NCBI GenBank assembly: GCA_029762535.1
Contig: JARVGK010000001.1
Span: 1-64,000, forward strand
Reading direction: 5' to 3'
Length of the DNA: 64,000 bases
Origin: Thermoplasmatota archaeon
GTDB taxonomy: Archaea > Thermoplasmatota > Penumbrarchaeia > Penumbrarchaeales > Penumbrarchaeaceae
Position numbers and translations under genes: made by a program
Part shown: in pieces, positions 26,730 through 36,921 of the stretch
Numbering within the stretch: the stretch's first letter is position 1
How the letters are laid out: every line of letters begins with the position of its first letter
Notes under the pieces: model-generated
What the model saw: the letters and a program-made list of their open reading frames with translations, nothing else
What the model was told of the DNA's origin: nothing
The model's database searches: none

Positions 26730-29700
26730 ATGTCAGTTAATGGAAAAGGTTTGAAAAGGTACGTACAGGTCACTTTGGTGGCCTTGATGGTCCTGAGCAC
26801 GTTCGCCGTGCTCATCTACAACATGCCCTTCGGCTCATCGGCGGGAGCTTACGATGTGAGCGTCTCCGTGGACAACGCCAGCAAGGAGGTCTCCGCGGGA
26901 AGCTCGGTAACATATCAGCTGACGATCAAGAACGAAGGTACCAACGCCGACAGGTACGATCTGAACATGACGATCTCCAGGGACCCATCGACCTGGCAGG
27001 CTACCCTAAGTCAGACGAGCACCGGTCAGATCAACAGCGGATCGACACTGACAGGTATCACGGTCCAGGTCAGGGCGCCCTCATCGAATGTCACGATAAA
27101 CTCGTACTGTTACGTCACCATCAAGGTGATATCCCAGGCCGATGCGAAGAACTCCACGGCATCGGTCCTTCTCACGACGCTTCTCAAGAGGACATATGGA
27201 GTCTCCATCACATCCCCAGGGATCAAATATGTGGATCCCGGAGCCTCGACCACTTATTCCTTCTCTGTGAAGAACGAAGGGAACGATCAGGATGGATACA
27301 CCCTCGAAACGGTCTCGGTACCTTCTGGTTTCTCGGCGTCCGTCGATTTCGATACCGGCAAGTTCGCACCGGGCGCGACCAAGGCCGCCACCATGACGCT
27401 TCAGACGCCGTCATCGGCCCTTGCCCAGAGCTATCAGATAATCGTGAAAGCATCTTCTGTGACCGACAACGCGACTAGCGCTACCCGAACCATAACCGCG
27501 ATAGTGAACCAGACCCACAAGCTCAGCATCTCCTCCGATGGTGTGAAGGAGGCGGACATAACCACTACAAGGGTCGTACAATACGGCATAAGACTGACCA
27601 ACTTGGGGAACGGGGAGGACCAGTTCTCCCTCAGCTATTACATCCCTTCCCAATACATCACTGCCGGTTGGAGCGGGGACATAAGCACGACCACGACCTC
27701 GAAGGTCCAGCCTGATAATTCCGCGAACGTGACGTTCTATGCATACACCCCCACAAAATCGAACAATCCGGCGGTCAGCTCCAGGGGCGAGTTCTTCATC
27801 AACGCAACCTCTGTCGGGGACAACACCGTGACCAGGTCGGTCAAGGTGTCATGTGTGGTGCTTCCTTACTATGATATCGAGATCCAGAACAACGGCCCGT
27901 CCACGAAGTCCGTCGACCCGGACGGCAGCATCACATTCGATTTCACCGTGAAGAACACCGGTAACGACCAGGACACGTTCTACATGGACCTCGCATATCC
28001 GAACGGCTTCCAGGATTCGAGCATCGAGCCATCGACCCTCTCCCTGGCCGCACAGGCCAGCGGGACCGTGACGGTCACCGTCAACCCGGACGAAATGACC
28101 GTCAAGGCGAAATCATACCGGTTCACCCTCTATGCGAATTCGACGAACGGACCGAGCGTGAATTCGGTGTTCTTCGTCAGTATAAATCGCGATTATGGTA
28201 TATACCTGGAGGCTCCGACGGGTGCGACCATACCCAACGGCCAGCCGGCCCAGACCTACAAGTTCCCCGTAAGGCTGCAAAATAAAGGGAACGGGGTCGA
28301 TACATTCGACCTGTCGGTGGCGGGTGAGACCTCGAAGATAGACATGGAGTGGACACCTTTGATCTCAGCAACGGTCACCCCCCAGGTACAGTCCGACTCC
28401 ACCTTCGAGTTCAACGTTACGGTTTCGGCTCCTTCGAACGCCACAATGGGAACGTACAGGTTCAGGGTGGATGCAACATCCAACGGCGGCTCCACCACGA
28501 AGGTGCTGTGGCTCTCCGTAAGGATCCCCCAGCTATACAACGTCGATATCGGGGCCAACAAGGAGAGCCTGAGGGGCGAATACTCGAACTCTACGGGGCC
28601 GGCGGTCAAGGTCGTCTATCTTCTTGATGTGTACAACAAGGGGTCCGGCGAGGACGATTCGATAACACTGAGCGTCAAGGAGGCCCCGCAAGAGTTCGTC
28701 GGGAGGTATTCGATATTCTTCACCGAGAATTCCAAGAACAAGATAACGATCCCCAGTGCCGGATCCAAGCAGGCGAACCTCGAGATCGAGACCCCCACGG
28801 TATCCTCCGGAGTTCTTGCTGGCACATATACATTCAAAGTGGAGGTCACCTCAAACAACGGCACACAGGCGTCGGGCGATGATAAGAGGGCCGAGATAAG
28901 CCTCAGTCTGCTCCTTCAGCCCAAGCACGATGTGAGGATACTTACGGGTGTCAACAGCTCGCAGGTCAGGATGGGGGGCTCGGTGAACTTCACCGTAATC
29001 ATACAGAACAGGGGCACCGTGAACGATTACTATCAGCTCTCCTACGAGTACCCCAACTATGGTCAGAACGTCAAGTTCTCGATCCCGGACGACAACCTCA
29101 CAACCAGGATATTGAAACCTTTGGAACAGGAGAGCATAGTCCTGACGGCAACGATCCTCCCCGGGACCAACCCCAGCTGGGGTTCGGTCTGGGTCAAGAT
29201 AAGCGCTACCCACCCCACCGACTTCACCATCAAGGACGAGAAGTATTTCACCGCGATCTTCGCGGATGACTTCTCGGGAGACCTCTCCACCACGAGCAAC
29301 TTCAGGCAGGCCTCTCCCGGCGAGAAGGCCTGGTTCAACGTCACCCTGAAGAACACCGGAACGAGGTCCCAGGACACGTTCACGGTAGAGTTCGAATCAG
29401 CGCTCGATTTCGAGAACGTGCAGATCAGCCCCTCTTCGGTCACGATCGCACCGAACCAGGTCACAACGATATCCATAAACATATCCATCCCGGCGATCCA
29501 GGACAAGATCATCGAGTCGGGGACCTATGAACTCACACTAAAGGCGACCTCAAAGGGCGAGACGAACATGGATTCCGACGATATCATCGTGGACACGCTG
29601 ACCTTGAAGCTCAAGGTAATGCCTGTTTACAGGGTGCAGCTCCTGATACCTCAGGGGTCCGCCCAGTCGGATGTCGGGAAGACCCTTCCCCCGATCAAGC

Positions 29701-32700
29701 TCAACGTCACCAACAACGGCAACGAGCCCTCAACGATACAGGTCTCGCTCCACTCCTCGACACCGACGAGCATCAGGAGCTGGGTTACCATATCTCCCTC
29801 TACTGTATCGGCCCTCGGACCCAGGCTGGCCACAGATGTTACGGCGACGATAAGGGTTCCGAGCAACGCACTTGCAGGCAAGCAGACCTTCACCTTCCAG
29901 GCCGATGTCTCGGGGCAGACCGCCTCATCAATGGCTACCTTCGAGCTCATAGTCAATGACGCCTTCAAGCTTGAGCTTACCGTACCCGACGGAACGCTTC
30001 TAAAGGAGGCCGAGCCCAAAGATACTGTGGATTTCAACGTGAAACTGACGAACAAGGGCAATACCCCCGACAGCGTCGATATCGAGTTGGCTTCCTCGAA
30101 GAGGAACTGGGCGACCTTCGGATTCAAGAACGGAACGGTTCTCACCCAGGAAACCACAGTCTACAACCTCGGAAGGGAGGTAGCGAGGGATATCTGGCTT
30201 AACATAGAGGTCGAGGAGAGCGCTCCTGCGGGAGAGCAGACCTTCACCATCAAGGCCATCTCCAAGGGCGACAACGCGATCACCGCATCGATTACGCTGA
30301 GGGTCGATGTCGCCGCCAACAGGATGGTCGAGCTCGTCACCAACGAGGACACCAAGGACCTGGTCCCTGACGTTGACAGGGAGTTCACCGAGATCACCTA
30401 CAGCGTCCAGGTCGTCAACAAAGGGGAGGGCCCCGACTCCTTCAAGGTAGAGGTGATCGGGCCTTCCACCTCTCATCCACACCTCGATCAGAGCACATGG
30501 GATGCCATGGTGAAATCGGAACATCCGAACGATGTGATACTGAGCAAGGTAAAGACCGGGCAGATCCCGAAAGGCGGTCAGGAGACCATCACCGTCACGG
30601 TAAGGGTGCAGAAGTCATGGTCCCAGTATTCTCCAGGTGATATATACAGCTCCATATGGGCCATATCCGAAGGGGATACGGGGACGGCGGACGACAAGTA
30701 TTCCCAGCCCCTGGTCCTCGTCACAAAGGTCAAACAGGCTTACGGCGCTAGCCTCTCGGTGGTGAGGGACCTCGTTGAGACCAGATACAAGGCCGACGAT
30801 GTGTCCATGCTGACGGCCGAGTTCACTGTAAGGGTCCAGAACACGGGCAACGATGTTGACAGCTACAAATTGGAGATCAAGAGCAGCCTCAACTCCAACG
30901 ATTTCCCTATAAAGCCCTCGGCAGACTCCATAGAGGCCATTGCACCTAACGAGTATGGGACCCTCACGGTAACGGTCGAGATGAAGGCGGATACCCCGAA
31001 GGGGAGATACAGCTTCGAGGTGAGGTGGATCTCTCGGGGCGATGACCTGGAATATGTGACCACCGAGGATTACGTGACCAGCTGGAAGACCCTCACCTTC
31101 GATGTGATTCAAACCTACGGAGTGAGCATCGACACAGTGACGGAGCAGAAGGATGCGGACGTGGGCACCAACGTCGAATACAAGCTCACAGTCAAGAACC
31201 TCGGGAACAACGACGACAACTTCAGGATAGAGATCAGGAACGATCGCAACCTGAACTGGGCCACGACCTCCAAGACCAGGTTCACCCTGGGTGGCATTGG
31301 AACTCAGACCCAGGAGACGGAGATCATCATAAAGGTGAGCATCCCCAGGGACAACCGTGACGCCATGGCAGGCAGCTATTTCTTCAACGTGAGCGTGATC
31401 AGGGACCAAACCCAAAGGATTGAGCAGCAGAAGGCCACGGATCATATCGTCCTGAGGGTGGACGTCAATGAGAGATACTCCCATCTGCTGGAATCGGATG
31501 ATGATATGCTCACTGTAGAGCCCGGACAGCAAGTGACCTACAGGTTCAAGGTGACCAACAGGGGCAATGTGGACGACTACTATGACCTTGAGGTGAAAGG
31601 GAACAGGAAGGAATGGGGAAAGCTCTCAACCAGCCGGGTCTATATAAAGGCCGACGAGCAGGCCACAGTGTATCTCAATGTGACCGTGCCATCCTCCGCC
31701 GATGTCAACGACATGGGGGACATCGAGGCCAGGAAATACGATTTCCTCGTATCGGTCCGCTCCGTCAAGGACAGGGACTCGATAGCCGAGGAGCTGACCT
31801 TCACGACCGATGTCCAGCAGATGTATGGAGTATCGGTGCCGCCACTCGATGAAGGGGCCTCCCGCCAGACTCCCAGAAGGCACAACGTAAACTCGAGGGA
31901 TACCCTGACGATAAGGTTCCAGGTGGAGAACACCGGGAACAAGGACGATACCTTCTTCATTCAGAAGCCCACGACCCTTCCTGTAGGTTGGACCGTTGAC
32001 CTGTCCTCCACCAGGGTCACGGTGCCTCTCGGTGATGAGAGGACCGTCACCGTCACGGTGAGGTTCACATCCGATCAGAACTTCGCATACGGTATAAGGG
32101 AGCTGAGGTTCCAGGTCATACCCGATGACGGTTCCTTGATCGGAAAGAGGGTCAAGAGCGACGTTTCGATCTTCATCGACGCCCAGGCCCCGGACCTCGT
32201 CATCGATGACAGCTCTTTCTCCCAGGTGCCCGATAGCAGCCAGATAAAGATAGGCACCTCCAATACCATCAGGATCGGCGTGAAGAACGTGGGAACAGTG
32301 GCCGCGAACGACGTGACCGTCAGGCTTCTCGTCAACGACAGGGAGGTCGGTTCGGAAACAAAGAGCATAGGGGTCAACAGCACTCAGGTCTTCGATTTCA
32401 AGTGGACCCCCTCGGCAGGGTCCTATACCTTGAAGGTGGTAGCTAACGACGGGTTCGTGCTCGTCGAGAGCGACCAGGACAACAACGAGGCCATGGTGAC
32501 CAGGGAGCTGTCACAGTTCAGCCTGAACAACAGCCTGATCTTCTACATACTCCTGGCGGTCATCGGGGTTCTGATCCTGATCCTCATCGTCTTCGCTTTC
32601 CTGTTCATGAACAAGAACAGGGAGGCCAAGGAGCTGGCGGACAGGATAAGGGCCGGGGACATCGGAGTGGACAAGGGCGGACCGAGGAAGGTCGTCAAGG

Positions 32701-32930
32701 AGGGCGCCGGGACACCGGTGCCGCCGAAAGGACCCGCCGGACTCCCCCCCTCCGGACCCGCGGCTCTGGGGCCGGCCAAAGAGGCCTCTGCTCCTCAAAA
32801 GAAGGAGCCTGTAAGGGTCAAGTGCCCCGAGTGCAATACCGAACAGGTCTTCTCGATAACACAGAGGCCCTCAGAGGTCAAGTGCAAGACATGCGGCGTC
32901 CTCATGAGGATCCCCGAGAAGAAGCGGTGA
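26730..32930 (+). CDS. Giant membrane-anchored surface glycoprotein: about 15 NEW3/COG1470-type Ig repeats, CARDB, TM, Pro-rich tail and zinc ribbon
   Basis: ATG 26730 after GAGGT; about 15 recurring 'N-x-G-x-x-x-D' modules; CARDB 'PDLVI..VKNVGT..ESDQDNN'; TM; CPEC..CKTC. Confidence 0.85.
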   Translation: MSVNGKGLKRYVQVTLVALMVLSTFAVLIYNMPFGSSAGAYDVSVSVDNASKEVSAGSSVTYQLTIKNEGTNADRYDLNMTISRDPSTWQATLSQTSTGQINSGSTLTGITVQVRAPSSNVTINSYCYVTIKVISQADAKNSTASVLLTTLLKRTYGVSITSPGIKYVDPGASTTYSFSVKNEGNDQDGYTLETVSVPSGFSASVDFDTGKFAPGATKAATMTLQTPSSALAQSYQIIVKASSVTDNATSATRTITAIVNQTHKLSISSDGVKEADITTTRVVQYGIRLTNLGNGEDQFSLSYYIPSQYITAGWSGDISTTTTSKVQPDNSANVTFYAYTPTKSNNPAVSSRGEFFINATSVGDNTVTRSVKVSCVVLPYYDIEIQNNGPSTKSVDPDGSITFDFTVKNTGNDQDTFYMDLAYPNGFQDSSIEPSTLSLAAQASGTVTVTVNPDEMTVKAKSYRFTLYANSTNGPSVNSVFFVSINRDYGIYLEAPTGATIPNGQPAQTYKFPVRLQNKGNGVDTFDLSVAGETSKIDMEWTPLISATVTPQVQSDSTFEFNVTVSAPSNATMGTYRFRVDATSNGGSTTKVLWLSVRIPQLYNVDIGANKESLRGEYSNSTGPAVKVVYLLDVYNKGSGEDDSITLSVKEAPQEFVGRYSIFFTENSKNKITIPSAGSKQANLEIETPTVSSGVLAGTYTFKVEVTSNNGTQASGDDKRAEISLSLLLQPKHDVRILTGVNSSQVRMGGSVNFTVIIQNRGTVNDYYQLSYEYPNYGQNVKFSIPDDNLTTRILKPLEQESIVLTATILPGTNPSWGSVWVKISATHPTDFTIKDEKYFTAIFADDFSGDLSTTSNFRQASPGEKAWFNVTLKNTGTRSQDTFTVEFESALDFENVQISPSSVTIAPNQVTTISINISIPAIQDKIIESGTYELTLKATSKGETNMDSDDIIVDTLTLKLKVMPVYRVQLLIPQGSAQSDVGKTLPPIKLNVTNNGNEPSTIQVSLHSSTPTSIRSWVTISPSTVSALGPRLATDVTATIRVPSNALAGKQTFTFQADVSGQTASSMATFELIVNDAFKLELTVPDGTLLKEAEPKDTVDFNVKLTNKGNTPDSVDIELASSKRNWATFGFKNGTVLTQETTVYNLGREVARDIWLNIEVEESAPAGEQTFTIKAISKGDNAITASITLRVDVAANRMVELVTNEDTKDLVPDVDREFTEITYSVQVVNKGEGPDSFKVEVIGPSTSHPHLDQSTWDAMVKSEHPNDVILSKVKTGQIPKGGQETITVTVRVQKSWSQYSPGDIYSSIWAISEGDTGTADDKYSQPLVLVTKVKQAYGASLSVVRDLVETRYKADDVSMLTAEFTVRVQNTGNDVDSYKLEIKSSLNSNDFPIKPSADSIEAIAPNEYGTLTVTVEMKADTPKGRYSFEVRWISRGDDLEYVTTEDYVTSWKTLTFDVIQTYGVSIDTVTEQKDADVGTNVEYKLTVKNLGNNDDNFRIEIRNDRNLNWATTSKTRFTLGGIGTQTQETEIIIKVSIPRDNRDAMAGSYFFNVSVIRDQTQRIEQQKATDHIVLRVDVNERYSHLLESDDDMLTVEPGQQVTYRFKVTNRGNVDDYYDLEVKGNRKEWGKLSTSRVYIKADEQATVYLNVTVPSSADVNDMGDIEARKYDFLVSVRSVKDRDSIAEELTFTTDVQQMYGVSVPPLDEGASRQTPRRHNVNSRDTLTIRFQVENTGNKDDTFFIQKPTTLPVGWTVDLSSTRVTVPLGDERTVTVTVRFTSDQNFAYGIRELRFQVIPDDGSLIGKRVKSDVSIFIDAQAPDLVIDDSSFSQVPDSSQIKIGTSNTIRIGVKNVGTVAANDVTVRLLVNDREVGSETKSIGVNSTQVFDFKWTPSAGSYTLKVVANDGFVLVESDQDNNEAMVTRELSQFSLNNSLIFYILLAVIGVLILILIVFAFLFMNKNREAKELADRIRAGDIGVDKGGPRKVVKEGAGTPVPPKGPAGLPPSGPAALGPAKEASAPQKKEPVRVKCPECNTEQVFSITQRPSEVKCKTCGVLMRIPEKKR

Positions 32931-32949
32931 ACCGCTATCGATGAGAGAT

Positions 32950-32976
32950 GGGGGCCTCAATGCCCCCCTCTTCTTT
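32950..32976 (+). terminator. Hairpin plus pyrimidine tract after the giant surface gene
   Basis: GGGGGC-ctcaat-GCCCCC followed by CTCTTCTTT. Confidence 0.5.
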
Positions 32977-33068
32977 AACGCACGTAGCGGAGCCTAATCG
33001 GATCGTGATAATGTATTAATAGGGGGAATCTCTCATCCAACGAATCCGAACTATCCGGGGGCCATAGT

Positions 33069-33329
33069 ATGACTGACGCTATACAGAAGAAAATGGAACA
33101 AGTTGCAACCATACTGGACATGCTCTCCGAAGATACGTCCGTCCCAAGGAACATCAGGAAGGGAGCGAAGGACTCCAAGGAGAGGCTGTTCGATAACAGG
33201 GAAGCATTGGACCTCAGGTGCGCAAGCGTTGTATCGGTTCTCGAGGACCTCTCGAACGACCCGAACATACCGCTTCACGGCAGGACCCTCATATGGAACG
33301 CGACCTCGATCCTCGAGAGCATAAAATGA
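33069..33329 (+). CDS. UPF0147 family protein
   Basis: 'EDTSVPRNIRKGA', 'LEDLSNDPNIPLHGRTLIW'. Confidence 0.92.
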   Translation: MTDAIQKKMEQVATILDMLSEDTSVPRNIRKGAKDSKERLFDNREALDLRCASVVSVLEDLSNDPNIPLHGRTLIWNATSILESIK

Positions 33330-33332
33330 TGT

Positions 33333-33557
33333 TCATCTCCTTCTTTCGGAACGGTCGAGAAGTATCCTCAAGTCCGTTCCAAGTGTAGCATCCTCGGTGA
33401 CATCCAGCATATCCGAGGCACGGGCGATGAGGTCCTCGAGGGAATTGGATGACCCTATCAGCTGGATGATCTGATCGGGGGATGCCAAATACGGCAATAC
33501 ATCGGCCATCAAGGATCCACGTTCCTCGGGCCAATCCTTTCGGTCTGAGGGGTTCAT
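33333..33557 (-). CDS. Hypothetical helical protein (~74 aa)
   Basis: Fills the gap between neighbouring genes; plausible composition; no family recognised; start uncertain. Confidence 0.5.
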   Translation of the reverse strand: MNPSDRKDWPEERGSLMADVLPYLASPDQIIQLIGSSNSLEDLIARASDMLDVTEDATLGTDLRILLDRSERRR

Positions 33558-33619
33558 CGATGATGGTAATACGGAAAACATATTTTTATGTTGAGCCATT
33601 AGAGGCACAGGGTGTGGAG

Positions 33620-34681
33620 ATGGCTACACGGTGCCCCAAGTGTGGTAGGAACAATTACGGAGATACCGCAAAATGCTCGTTCTGCGGCAGCTCATTGAAG
33701 TTCACTCCCGGAGAGGATATCCCGGAGATCAAGGAAGAGGACGTTCAGCAGAAGATCAAGCAGGTGAAGGCGAAGAGGCTGAGGAACCCTGTCCATATCG
33801 CCACCGGTGGCATCTTGATGGTCATCGGGGCCATGCTGGCGGTCGCCGTTTTCCTGCTGTTCATGTTCCTCATCTTCTCCCCTGGGGATATCTCTCCCTC
33901 ATACGAAAGGGGGGCCTGGCATTATGAGGTCCCCGGAGGCAAGGAGATGGTGTTCGGGAAGATCACCGCCAAGGTAACGGTGACGGAAACCAAATGGCCC
34001 GAGGGATCGAACCACGGATACATGAACCATACCGCGTACGAGATCGGGGGCAACCAACTCGACACGAGGGCCGATGCGCTTAAGGAAGGCATGGTATTGG
34101 TAGAGCCAGACGCGTGGGTGTATTCGGACATCGATCTCGGAGATAAGGGCGATTGGGTGCTGATCACAGTGAGGACCGAGCAGAACAGCTTCGGAGAGTC
34201 AAGGGCGGTCGTGGAAAAGAAGCACGGGAACGGCCTTCTCTCCGGCTGGTGGCTATTGCTTCCGGGTATTATCTTAATGATCATCGGATCCGTCATTCTC
34301 ACGATAGCGCTCATAGGTAAACCCGATACCTCCCTGGAGAGGCTTATGGAGGAGGATCGTGAGTTCAGAAGACAGCAGCTTGCCATGATGCAGGCCGCCA
34401 GGAAGGCCGCCATGGAGAAGCAGAAGCAGTCCACATGGGACCAAAGTAGGTACGATCAGGCCCTTCAGGAATCGGGATCAACACAAGGGGACATTTCCCA
34501 GGAGCTGGCGGTTCTCGAGGGCGGCGAAGTCGGGTCCCGGGCCGTTCAGGCCAAGGAAGATGGAACGGAAGATACATCCAGCCCAGCCACCGAGGATCTA
34601 TCCGGAACGGCAGAGGAGGCCGCCCCTGTCCCTGAAAATACCGTCGCGGAATCGGATGGATCCGGGTTCAACGCGCCTTGA
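33620..34681 (+). CDS. Zinc-ribbon plus two-TM membrane protein with acidic tail
   Basis: ATG 33620; CPKC..CSFC; two TMs flanking an extracellular domain. Confidence 0.75.
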   Translation: MATRCPKCGRNNYGDTAKCSFCGSSLKFTPGEDIPEIKEEDVQQKIKQVKAKRLRNPVHIATGGILMVIGAMLAVAVFLLFMFLIFSPGDISPSYERGAWHYEVPGGKEMVFGKITAKVTVTETKWPEGSNHGYMNHTAYEIGGNQLDTRADALKEGMVLVEPDAWVYSDIDLGDKGDWVLITVRTEQNSFGESRAVVEKKHGNGLLSGWWLLLPGIILMIIGSVILTIALIGKPDTSLERLMEEDREFRRQQLAMMQAARKAAMEKQKQSTWDQSRYDQALQESGSTQGDISQELAVLEGGEVGSRAVQAKEDGTEDTSSPATEDLSGTAEEAAPVPENTVAESDGSGFNAP

Positions 34682-35090
34682 ACGGGTCCATCCAAGGCCT
34701 CAACGCGCCCAAAGCACCGAAGATGATGTTAAGCGTCCACAGGATGACTATGAAGGATAGGCCGATCCGCTCCAATACGAAACCTCTAGGGGTCTCGATC
34801 GAGCTCATTATAGCGATCAACACCGCCGTTTCGAAGAGGGACCATATCGCCGAGGAGGACAATGATAACGGGATCCTCATCCTCGGCTGCACCCTTCTGG
34901 TACCCAGGGATGATGCGAGATAGGGGACCAGGGTAAGGGCGAGTATCAAACCGACTATGGGGGCCAGCAACAAGGGGATCGACAGGGAATAGATACCCAA
35001 TGTGACCAGCAAACCTCTAAGGAAGGAGTGGCCCGCATCCAGCGGCGAAATATCTTCATTTATTTCGTTCCCTGTCGTGTCTGGCCCCAT
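34668..35090 (-). CDS. Four-TM membrane protein, unknown function
   Basis: Hydrophobic ORF from ATG 35090; the longer ORF-track start overlaps the DUF211 gene. Confidence 0.65.
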   Translation of the reverse strand: MGPDTTGNEINEDISPLDAGHSFLRGLLVTLGIYSLSIPLLLAPIVGLILALTLVPYLASSLGTRRVQPRMRIPLSLSSSAIWSLFETAVLIAIMSSIETPRGFVLERIGLSFIVILWTLNIIFGALGALRPWMDPFKAR

Positions 35091-35154
35091 TGAATTACCC
35101 AATCCTTTTATAGAACACACCTCATACCGACGATTGCCTTTAAAACTATCTCGT

Positions 35155-35460
35155 ATGGAGGCTGCGCAATTGGGAAATATCCGCAAGATCGTGCTCGATG
35201 TCCTCAAACCGCACAGACCCGACCTGATCCAGTATTCCGACAGGCTCTCGTCCATCAGGGACATCAAGGGTGTCTCGATATTCCTCAACGAGGTGGACCA
35301 GGAAACGGAGAGCGTCAAGATAATAATCGAAGGCCAGAGATTGAACTATCAGATGATTAAGAACGCGATAGAGGAGATGACTGGGTCCGTTCACTCGGTC
35401 GATGCGGTATACGCGGGCGAGGAGATAGTGGACGAGGTTGACACACCTCAGGACCGATGA
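35155..35460 (+). CDS. DUF211 family protein
   Basis: 'IRKIVLDVLKPH', 'EVDQETE', 'IEG', 'GSVHSVD..AG'. Confidence 0.9.
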   Translation: MEAAQLGNIRKIVLDVLKPHRPDLIQYSDRLSSIRDIKGVSIFLNEVDQETESVKIIIEGQRLNYQMIKNAIEEMTGSVHSVDAVYAGEEIVDEVDTPQDR

Positions 35461-35469
35461 GGTATCGTC

Positions 35470-36897
35470 ATGTATCGCGAAAAAGGTCACGGCATCGCAA
35501 GGAAGGTCGGCTGCATATTGGCCGTATCCCTCTTCCTCATATGTGCCGACGGCCTCTCCAAGGACCTCATCTCGGAGGGGGCGGAGGCTTTGAGGCCCGT
35601 TCTGGTCATAATCGAATTGAACGCTACGAGCAAGTATCAGGAGGGCAACATGGCCTGGATACTATCAGGGCCCCCGAGGATGGATTCGCAGGGAAGGACC
35701 CAGGAATCCGGGTTAGCGATAGTGGAAGGCAGGATAACCGTATACAAGGTGGCACGCCTCCTGAGGCAAAAGATAATCGTGACCCTCAGCGCGAGGACGG
35801 ACGACACTGACCTCTTGGTCTCCGTCAATCCTCCCATTATGGAGTTCGAGGCATATACGAAGATACAGACGAAGAGTTTCAAGGCAGCGATCAGGCTTTC
35901 GACGCCGATGATCCCATACTCCACGGCCCAGGAGTTCCCGAAGAAGGTGGAGGTGTTCGGTACATGGATGACCCAGGTACAGACCGGAACCCCTAACGAG
36001 GGCGGCATCATAGACCCACATCCAATATACGCCAGGATCAAGCCTTTTTACTACATGCAGGTGATCACCGATCCGCCATTCATCAAGATGCTTCCAGGTC
36101 AGACCCGTACGGTCGATGTCATCATTAAGAACCAGGGGAACGCCTTCGACCGATACGATGTGATGATACCGCAGGAAGGTATGCTGGCCAAACGTGGCTG
36201 GGTCTTCGAGATGAACAGGACCAGCGTATTGGTCGGGCCGATGTCGGATGGGTTGATCAGGCTCACCATCACATCGCCCAGGAGGTTCCAGTCCCCCTAT
36301 CACATGGGGGTGCAAAGCTTCCTGATCCATGCGGAATCATTCAACACCCAGGAACTCGTGGACCAGGGCGAACTGATGACCAAACAGCAATACGATACCG
36401 ATGTCATGATATCTCTCATCGGACCGGATATCATCTATGTACCCATGGTATGGGCCGCCATCCTTTATCTCGCTCTCGCGCTGGTATTGTTCAACATGGG
36501 GGTCAGCATATTCACCCTGAGGAGGAGGCGCTTTCTGATGCCGGAGGGCAAGCAGCCCGGCTTCAAATGGGCGGCGTCGATGCTCTTTAAGCTCTCCAAG
36601 GGGGCTGGAGGACGAACTTTAGCGGGGCCGTCGAAAAGGGCAGATAAAAGGGAGAGGCGGGGATCATTGTTCCCCAGAAAGCGCTCGTTGACCTCGACAG
36701 CGCCCTCTCCCGTTTCCGTACTGAGGCCAACCATGAGGGAAAGCCCTCCCAAGGAGCTGGATATTGACGTCTCGAATATTGATGCCCAGGGTATCACCGG
36801 GAAGGGTCGCTCGGAGGAGGGGCCTCCCCTCTTCACAAAGCCCAAGGGGGAAAGCATACCCCCCAAATCGCTCGATGAGATTCTTGATGACCTATGA
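35470..36897 (+). CDS. Membrane-anchored Ig-fold (NEW3-like) protein with long cytoplasmic tail
   Basis: Signal-like N-terminus, 'IKNQGNAFDRY' module, TM, charged tail ending LDEILDDL. Confidence 0.7.
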   Translation: MYREKGHGIARKVGCILAVSLFLICADGLSKDLISEGAEALRPVLVIIELNATSKYQEGNMAWILSGPPRMDSQGRTQESGLAIVEGRITVYKVARLLRQKIIVTLSARTDDTDLLVSVNPPIMEFEAYTKIQTKSFKAAIRLSTPMIPYSTAQEFPKKVEVFGTWMTQVQTGTPNEGGIIDPHPIYARIKPFYYMQVITDPPFIKMLPGQTRTVDVIIKNQGNAFDRYDVMIPQEGMLAKRGWVFEMNRTSVLVGPMSDGLIRLTITSPRRFQSPYHMGVQSFLIHAESFNTQELVDQGELMTKQQYDTDVMISLIGPDIIYVPMVWAAILYLALALVLFNMGVSIFTLRRRRFLMPEGKQPGFKWAASMLFKLSKGAGGRTLAGPSKRADKRERRGSLFPRKRSLTSTAPSPVSVLRPTMRESPPKELDIDVSNIDAQGITGKGRSEEGPPLFTKPKGESIPPKSLDEILDDL

Positions 36898-36921
36898 GGA
36901 GGAAAGGCATTAATTGGATAT

